64,000 nucleotides of DNA. Origin: Candidatus Woesearchaeota archaeon. GTDB lineage: Archaea > Nanobdellota > Nanobdellia > Woesearchaeales > JAZDKJ01. Below are positions 57,875 through 64,000 of this stretch, one piece after another. The number at the start of each line of letters is the position of its first letter. The first letter of the stretch is position 1. Both the position numbers and the translations under genes were made by a program. The DNA lies in the NCBI GenBank assembly GCA_043803105.1, contig JAZDKJ010000006.1:192001-256000 (forward strand), in the 5' to 3' direction. The notes beneath the pieces were generated by a model, which was not told the origin of the DNA, ran no database searches, and saw nothing but the letters and a program-made list of their open reading frames with translations.

Positions 57875-58180
57875 ATGCCTATGTATGACATTAGAAATGT
57901 GAATTTCCAGGGCAAACCTCAAGTTCACTTTGTGGGGCTGGAAAGCAAAGTCTCAGACCCTGACCGCGTTAAGATCAACTCTGCCTTCTTGCAAAGGGGT
58001 TATGGACTTGAGTGGGTGCTTGTGGCGCTTCATAGTAAGCCTTCTGAGCTTATGCTTATCGAACGCAAAGAAAGCGAGCATATCCCGAGGGACCCTCACC
58101 ACGACGTTCTCGAGGTCTCAAAGAGACTTGGAATCCCGATGGTCCTTAAAGCTTCGTACGTGGAATTCTATGAGCGCTAA
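57875..58180 (+). CDS. Hypothetical protein
   Basis: ORF with TTTTTAAA box upstream; convergent with the recombinase. Confidence 0.55.
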   Translation: MPMYDIRNVNFQGKPQVHFVGLESKVSDPDRVKINSAFLQRGYGLEWVLVALHSKPSELMLIERKESEHIPRDPHHDVLEVSKRLGIPMVLKASYVEFYER

Positions 58181-59004
58181 AGACTGTCAAACGGGCTCTT
58201 CACCTTCTTCAACTGCTCATTGGACACTTTTGTGTATCTCTCAGTTGTGGACAGATTGGAGTGCCCAAGCAATACCTGAATCACCCTTATGTCTGTTCCT
58301 GCCTCAAGCAGGTGTGTTGCAAAGCTGCTTCTTAGCGCATGACAAAACACTCGCTTCCTGATGCCAGCCCTTTTGGCTGATTCTGTGACAATGGCTTGCG
58401 CTTGCCTAACTCCTATATGAGTGTCCCTGACTGCAAACAAGTAAGGATTCTGGCCTTCCCGGTTTTTTAGGTATTCAGATATGTCCTTTACCAGGTTGCC
58501 TGACAATATTATATGTCTATCCTTCTTGCCCTTGCCGCTTCTTACTATTCCCATTCTTTCAGCAAAGTCAAGGTCATCAACCTTGAGGCTGACAGCTTCG
58601 CTTACCCTTAGCCCAGAACTATATAATAGTTCCACCAGAACCTTGTGCTTAGAGTTTTCTATCACAGCCAATAGCTTCTTGACCTCTTCCTTTGTTAGTA
58701 CTGTTGGTATCTTTTTCTCTTGTTTGGGCGGCTTAATGGTTGCAAGGACAGGTTTTTTCAACACCTCATGAAAGTAGAACTTCAGGCTGCTTAATGCTAG
58801 GCTTACAGAACTTGGCTTTTGCTTGTTTTGCATGAGATAGGATATATACTTCTTAACGTCCTCGCTACTTACATCTTGCGCTTCTTTCTTAACAAACATC
58901 AGGAATCTAAGGTTATGCCGGACATATGAGAGCACAGTCTTGTCAGAGAACCCTCTAATAACGAGCTCAGTCCTAATTTGTTCTTCAACTTCAGCCGTTG
59001 TCAT
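58177..59004 (-). CDS. XerA/XerC-D-like tyrosine recombinase
   Basis: SGLRVSE, GKGKKDR, HALRSSFATHLLE.G.DIR.IQ.LLGH and TT.RY. Confidence 0.95.
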   Translation of the reverse strand: MTTAEVEEQIRTELVIRGFSDKTVLSYVRHNLRFLMFVKKEAQDVSSEDVKKYISYLMQNKQKPSSVSLALSSLKFYFHEVLKKPVLATIKPPKQEKKIPTVLTKEEVKKLLAVIENSKHKVLVELLYSSGLRVSEAVSLKVDDLDFAERMGIVRSGKGKKDRHIILSGNLVKDISEYLKNREGQNPYLFAVRDTHIGVRQAQAIVTESAKRAGIRKRVFCHALRSSFATHLLEAGTDIRVIQVLLGHSNLSTTERYTKVSNEQLKKVKSPFDSL

Positions 59005-59537
59005 TTTTGAGATTTAATTTCGTCCCTTCTATCCACATAGCTTGTGGGATGCACCTTATCAACCTGGTAGCCATTCTTCTTCAGATTCTCCTTTATCTCT
59101 ATATAATATTGGTACATATGGATCATCTTATGGCAATTTGGGCAAAGTCCAACAACATTGTCTGATTCATTGTTGCGTCTGTTCCCATCTAAATGATGGA
59201 TGGAACATAATTTGTCAAACCCACAGCTTGCACATTTCTTTGTTACTTCTTGCCATCTGCCATATGCAATACCATAAAGTCTCTTCGCGTTATTTGCCTT
59301 AGGGATATCATAATGGTGAAGTCTTACATGACACCCCCCACACAGCCCAAATGCTTGATGAGGTCTCATTCTGCCGCAAGCCTTGCATCTTATTAGCTTC
59401 CGCTTCCATCCCAAGCGCCTGTAACAATTATTACAGTATCCTTTGGCATGGTGCTCAACCCTCTTACCACATCCAGGGCAGTCAATGAGGTATTTGCCAT
59501 TGGGATTGGGATTAGCAAACTTGCTCGCAGTTGTCAT
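59001..59537 (-). CDS. Zinc-finger HNH endonuclease-like protein
   Basis: Repeated CXXC...H.A.G.CXXC fingers; HHLDGNRRNN...N...LCPNCH. Confidence 0.88.
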   Translation of the reverse strand: MTTASKFANPNPNGKYLIDCPGCGKRVEHHAKGYCNNCYRRLGWKRKLIRCKACGRMRPHQAFGLCGGCHVRLHHYDIPKANNAKRLYGIAYGRWQEVTKKCASCGFDKLCSIHHLDGNRRNNESDNVVGLCPNCHKMIHMYQYYIEIKENLKKNGYQVDKVHPTSYVDRRDEIKSQK

Positions 59538-59718
59538 GTAAAATTTCCAAGCAGAACTAGTATTTAATACGTTCGTTATGTTCGCATGATGTACTTCACG
59601 GAAGACATATTATATGCACTTTCTTATAAAGTTTGCTCTTAGAATGCTAGAAAGTGCCTTTTTTTCGATGCTTGGGCCCACCCAAACAGGCAAAAAGGTC
59701 TTCAGAGCAGTCTCTTGC

Positions 59719-60195
59719 TTAGTTTAGCTCATTTAGCAGGTAATTGCCGTTCGGAAGCCTTTTCGCAAATTCTGCGCAGCATTCTTTCTTGAGACATAAG
59801 TATATAGTCAGGTATTTACCTCCTCCATCCAATGCCTCAATGTCCACAAAAGGACTGAAAGGCTCTTCGCGACAAAGCGTTTCAGGGTCTTTGTTTGACA
59901 TCGCCTCAACAACCGTTTTCCAGCCGCTTGCCATGTTTGGTCTCCAGTAAAGTAAAGGTTCAAACTTCTGCAGGAGCCTTTGCCTCAGATTGTCATTATT
60001 CGCCGGCCCTTTTGCTTCACCCTGCTCTGTGATTTTTAGCCTCAAAGACAGAATATCATAGTCTGTCTCATAAGGCTGAAACAGAAAGCCTTCAACCTCA
60101 GTGCACCATTGCTCCAGGTCGCCTATTGTATGTTCAAGGCTTATTAGGGCATGTTCCACCATACCAGTCAGTAGCAGAATGTCTTTTATTAACAT
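59719..60195 (-). CDS. Hypothetical protein
   Basis: 158-aa ORF co-oriented with neighbours. Confidence 0.55.
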   Translation of the reverse strand: MLIKDILLLTGMVEHALISLEHTIGDLEQWCTEVEGFLFQPYETDYDILSLRLKITEQGEAKGPANNDNLRQRLLQKFEPLLYWRPNMASGWKTVVEAMSNKDPETLCREEPFSPFVDIEALDGGGKYLTIYLCLKKECCAEFAKRLPNGNYLLNELN

Positions 60196-60233
60196 TTCGG
60201 CTCTGCATTATACAAAATGAAAAATGGAGCTTT

Positions 60234-61376
60234 TCAGCTCCAAAAAGTTAACTTCTTCCAGACTTCACTAAAGAAGCCGGTTCTAGGGGTCTTTGCATGA
60301 TTATCCTCATCTGGAACACTGTTGCCAGTGGGGCTTCCTGCAGCTTGACTAATCATTGCTTTTGCCATTCCGCCAAGGTTATTTGTTAGAATGGTATTTG
60401 TCCTGGAGTCATAGTCTGCTGATGCCTTTGCCTCTGTTGCATAAGCTCCTGGCAAACCCTCCTCCGCGTAGTACTTATCCACATCTTGCCGTATGTAGCT
60501 CAAGGTTTCTGAGTATCCACCTGTTTTTTCAGCAATCTCTTTCCAGATTCTTGTGCCTACCTGGTCCATGCCCGAGCAGATTATGGTGTATATTCTGATT
60601 CCCTTTTGTGCAGCTTTTTCTGACTCATCCCTGTAGTTGTATCCGTTTGGACTGCCACTTCTGTAGCTTCTGTCTGCTCCTCCCTCTCCGTGTGGTGGTG
60701 CATCTCCAATAAGGATTATTGCTTTTCTGGCGTTTTCGTCCCATGTCATGTCGTGTTCCACAGCCTCATACAGTGCATCTGCCACTGCTTCAGGCTGGTC
60801 TCCACCGCCATCAGCTTCAATTGTCTCAATAAACTTGAGTGCATCGTCAATATTGTCAGTCAAGTCCTTTGAACGAACAAGGTATTCCTTCTCCTCTTTC
60901 TCATAGTCTCTGTATGTCACAACTCCTACTCTAAGTTTGTAGCTTGTGCGTGGTGCGAACTGCAACATCTGCGCTATGTAGTCTTTTACTGCTCTTATCT
61001 CATCGTCCATTGAGCCTGTACTGTCGATAACAAACACAACATCCACTTGTGACTGGCCCGGGCAGTTGCATGCCTGTTGTTCCCACTCTATACAATTGCC
61101 ATCCTGGTCTCTTGCAGTGCACGTAGGCCCAGGGCAAACGCACGGGGGGCATGTGCATGTTGGTTCAATACAGTTTCCGTATTGGTCTTTTGCAGTACAG
61201 TCGTTAGGCCGGCACACGCATGTGCTAACAGCTTTCTCCCCTCCGCTTGTTAAAACAGTTGGCTCTTCTGCCAATAGGCTTCTCATCAAAACATCCTCTG
61301 AAGGCACCTCTTTTGCATATGACGCTGGTATGCACGATAAAACCAGCATCAAAATTAAAAATAATTCCCTTTTCAT
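60234..61376 (-). CDS. Secreted VWA-domain protein with Cys-rich repeat
   Basis: Signal peptide, two CTA.DQ.GNCIE units, DSTGSM, GGGDQPE and IGDAPPH. Confidence 0.9.
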   Translation of the reverse strand: MKRELFLILMLVLSCIPASYAKEVPSEDVLMRSLLAEEPTVLTSGGEKAVSTCVCRPNDCTAKDQYGNCIEPTCTCPPCVCPGPTCTARDQDGNCIEWEQQACNCPGQSQVDVVFVIDSTGSMDDEIRAVKDYIAQMLQFAPRTSYKLRVGVVTYRDYEKEEKEYLVRSKDLTDNIDDALKFIETIEADGGGDQPEAVADALYEAVEHDMTWDENARKAIILIGDAPPHGEGGADRSYRSGSPNGYNYRDESEKAAQKGIRIYTIICSGMDQVGTRIWKEIAEKTGGYSETLSYIRQDVDKYYAEEGLPGAYATEAKASADYDSRTNTILTNNLGGMAKAMISQAAGSPTGNSVPDEDNHAKTPRTGFFSEVWKKLTFWS

Positions 61377-61607
61377 TTTTTAGCCTCCAGGTTTTACACC
61401 TAAAAGATATTATGCAATGCTTATTTATATACTGTCGAGTAAGCTTCAATTTGACTTGAAGCCAAGGAGTTATTGCAGCATAAATAATTTAATCATAGTC
61501 AAAATATTTTAGTCATATTAAAGATTATAATATTTGAGCTATACTTAAATATTAATATCACAAAATGAAGCAAAAGTTTCAACCAAAGATTAAAAGTTTA
61601 GAACCAG

Positions 61608-62252
61608 TTATTTTACTTGTTTTTTTCTGTTTCTTATATAGTCAACAAGTAGGTAAATTGCCAGCGCAGAAACAGCACCTACCCCAAACCACACCAAAAG
61701 GTACCCGGTGGACGGTGCAACACTTTGGATCATTGGCGCTACCTCAGCTGCCCGTGATGCTGTCTCGTTCACAGCATCGCCTCCTGCAGCACTAGGAACT
61801 GTCATCAGCGGAGGAAGTGCCCTGTCTACAGCTTTCTGTGCAGCCATTGTGCCTGTTGTAAAACTCCTGGAAAAAAGTCCGATAAATGCAGCTCCAACTC
61901 CCAGAATCAGAACCACTGGAAGTATTGATTTCAGTTTCTCCTTGATGCCGTAGACGCTTCTTGGAGCGATGATTATATACTTATTGGCTAGTCTATAATG
62001 GTTTACTTCCTTTCCCTTCTCACTATAATGAAATTCCTCTGATTTAACTAAGCCTCCTTCCACAAGTTGTTTTAGGTTGTAATGCACTGTGGAGATTGGG
62101 ATCTGAAGCTTCCCAGAAAGTTCAGACTCAGTAGCGTCCTTCTCAGCTAGATAGTCCAGAATCTTCCGGCAACTATCATTTGTTATGACCTGGGCAAGCT
62201 TTTTTGCCTTGTCATCTTGTAGGCTCACCAATACAAACTTTTCATTGGGCAT
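61608..62252 (-). CDS. ArsR-type HTH protein with two TM helices
   Basis: RKILDYL, ISTVHYNLKQL and HYSEKGKEV. Confidence 0.85.
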   Translation of the reverse strand: MPNEKFVLVSLQDDKAKKLAQVITNDSCRKILDYLAEKDATESELSGKLQIPISTVHYNLKQLVEGGLVKSEEFHYSEKGKEVNHYRLANKYIIIAPRSVYGIKEKLKSILPVVLILGVGAAFIGLFSRSFTTGTMAAQKAVDRALPPLMTVPSAAGGDAVNETASRAAEVAPMIQSVAPSTGYLLVWFGVGAVSALAIYLLVDYIRNRKKQVK

Positions 62253-62349
62253 AGAATAAGAATAGTGTCTTCCTTTATAAATACCTTTTGATGACTTTGA
62301 ATGTGATTGCAGCTAAATCTTTAAAAAGAAATTAAGATTTACCTTTTTT

Positions 62350-62895
62350 GTGGATGTAATAAAAAATCCGATGATTCTTGAAAGATCTTTCAAACATGAG
62401 TGTAGAAAACCAATCGTTTACGTCAGCCGTGACTGTAAATTTATGAACTTTTTCTATTCAATAATTAAGCAAGTAGATTCCACGATTCTTGGTCTATATG
62501 AATTCAAAGTCATCTATCTACATTTTAACCACTCAAGTGCAATGTTATCTTACGATGGGAATTGTATTGATATAAAAGTTAAGGCAGACGACGAACGACG
62601 TGAAACAGAAACGCTTTTTGAGCTAAACGGAGAGGAAGGAAAAAAGAGGAACAACTGGCACAGCCTTATGGACTATGTTAGTAATCTTCAAAGTTTCGGA
62701 TTTGCCAAGATTATTGATCCTTATAATTCCCCCTTTCATTGTTTTGGTCATTTTGCTGGATGTTCAATTTCTGTTGCCGGATTCCGTGACCTTCAACATA
62801 TAGTAAGAATATATTGTGAGGATGAGGAGCCCTTGTTAGCTGCTTACAAGCAGCTTTTCATGGCTGGCCTTCGCTGCAATCCTCATCCAACATAA
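62350..62895 (+). CDS. Hypothetical protein
   Basis: AT-rich 181-aa ORF with no recognised motif. Confidence 0.45.
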   Translation: MDVIKNPMILERSFKHECRKPIVYVSRDCKFMNFFYSIIKQVDSTILGLYEFKVIYLHFNHSSAMLSYDGNCIDIKVKADDERRETETLFELNGEEGKKRNNWHSLMDYVSNLQSFGFAKIIDPYNSPFHCFGHFAGCSISVAGFRDLQHIVRIYCEDEEPLLAAYKQLFMAGLRCNPHPT

Positions 62896-63590
62896 TTCAT
62901 CTGCTTCTTTTCCTGCATGTCCATTGCTTTCTGGCTGCTCTCCATTAGCCCTTTGAGCTTCTCTTCAAATTTCTCAGCTTGTTTTAGCAGTGGCTTGTAG
63001 TCAACCTTTAGTCCAAGGTATTTGTCCAAAACCTCAATTACCTTTGCTGCAGCCTTGCTATCAGGCAAGGCAGAGTGCGTTTCCGCAAAGAAGCATGTTG
63101 TCGGCCTGTCTGTCTTTAGCATTATTGCTGAGGTTACGCCCAGTATTATTCCTTCAGTCAAAGGCTTTACCTGTATTGCATCAAGCTTTTTTCTTAGCCC
63201 TGGATTGTTTGTGTATGAGAGTATGTTTGTCGTATCGCTCGGTGTTGATGTTCCTACTCCCTCGATGCATATGAGCTCTTTTGCTTTGGTCCTGTTTGCC
63301 AGGTCAACTATAATGTCTGCTGCCTTCCACTCTATTCCGCTTGTGCCAGAGATGGAGTGGACAATCAAGATATTGTTCTTCTTGTTATAGAATATCCCTA
63401 TTGGATTGATTAGCTTCTGATCATGAATCGCTATTGATGCAGGCAATTCCTCAAACCAGTAGCGGCCGATGCAGGGGCAATCACAATGGTCTATGAGGAA
63501 TTCTGTGACTATTGTTCCGATAAGCCCAAACCCTGGGAAACCTTCTATGATTGTTGGATTGACAGGCTTTTCCGTAAGCTTTATTTCCAT
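62883..63590 (-). CDS. PAC2-family proteasome assembly chaperone
   Basis: EGFPGFGLIGTI, PDSKAAA, L.KQAEKFE and C-terminal NYVG HbYX-like tail. Confidence 0.92.
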   Translation of the reverse strand: MEIKLTEKPVNPTIIEGFPGFGLIGTIVTEFLIDHCDCPCIGRYWFEELPASIAIHDQKLINPIGIFYNKKNNILIVHSISGTSGIEWKAADIIVDLANRTKAKELICIEGVGTSTPSDTTNILSYTNNPGLRKKLDAIQVKPLTEGIILGVTSAIMLKTDRPTTCFFAETHSALPDSKAAAKVIEVLDKYLGLKVDYKPLLKQAEKFEEKLKGLMESSQKAMDMQEKKQMNYVG

Positions 63591-63629
63591 CTTTACACCT
63601 CAGTTCCTTCTAGTAAATCACTCTGATAA

Positions 63630-64000
63630 TTATATTTTTCCTTTTAACCTTCTCTCCATCTCCTTATCATCGCTAAGCCTTGAGTCAAGCTTGGCCCTGA
63701 TCTTGCGTATCTCGATTAATACATCTTCTGCATATCTGCTTCCTATCCTGGGTACACCCTGCAACCCTTTTATCAGTTGCTCGAAGTCCTTGAGTGATTT
63801 TATCCTCTCGTTCTCTAGCATCAATGCGTTGTATTTTATCTCCTCAAGGCTGAAGAAATCTGTCTTGAAGCGTTCTATGCCTCTAGCTATTAGGTGTTGG
63901 GTATCCGTGTATTCTTGGCTTGTTTTCGTTCGTCTGGGGTCTTTTTCTATTGGGGGGACTGGCTTTCTCAGTATCTTTTCAAGCTCCCTGTTAACCTTGT
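63630..64000 (-). CDS. Hypothetical protein, C-terminal part (5' end beyond window)
   Basis: Frame is open from the window end to the stop at 63630. Confidence 0.6.
   Translation of the reverse strand, partial: KVNRELEKILRKPVPPIEKDPRRTKTSQEYTDTQHLIARGIERFKTDFFSLEEIKYNALMLENERIKSLKDFEQLIKGLQGVPRIGSRYAEDVLIEIRKIRAKLDSRLSDDKEMERRLKGKI

Overview
Archaeal chromosomal DNA, most consistent with a DPANN (Woesearchaeota-like) genome: Rpo11/RpoL, Dph5, PAC2 proteasome chaperone, CarS, ATP-dependent ligase, FtsZ, TrmB/Lrp regulators and three tRNAs each broken by two introns (Gln-TTG, Arg-GCG, Ile-TAT). Three accessory structures stand out. (1) At 16.6-18.9 kb, a diversity-generating retroelement (DGR) variable/template repeat pair: 19 of 20 mismatches over 98 nt fall on template adenines. 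The template repeat is the in-frame 3' end of a second target paralog, and the reverse transcriptase appears reduced to an 18-codon stub followed by an IS200 element. (2) At 8.9-12.9 kb, a stack of small integrase-less cassettes (HEPN/MNT, HEPN-like, TrmB) separated by repeated copies of the tRNA-Gln 3' end plus a shared ~30-bp arm, resembling an integron-like array anchored on a tRNA. (3) At 2.5-8.8 kb, an operon with a LanB-N/PEARL-like enzyme fused to an alpha/beta hydrolase, two radical SAM enzymes, a GT2, a dTMP-kinase-like gene and an unannotated 53-aa peptide, next to a bacterial-type GreA. The rest includes argG/argH, psd-pssA-carS, a MoxR-DUF58-VWA set, a large surface-protein locus with a tandem triplication, an 11-bp iteron-like array and a Xer recombinase. 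All product calls come from motif recognition by eye; no database search was run.
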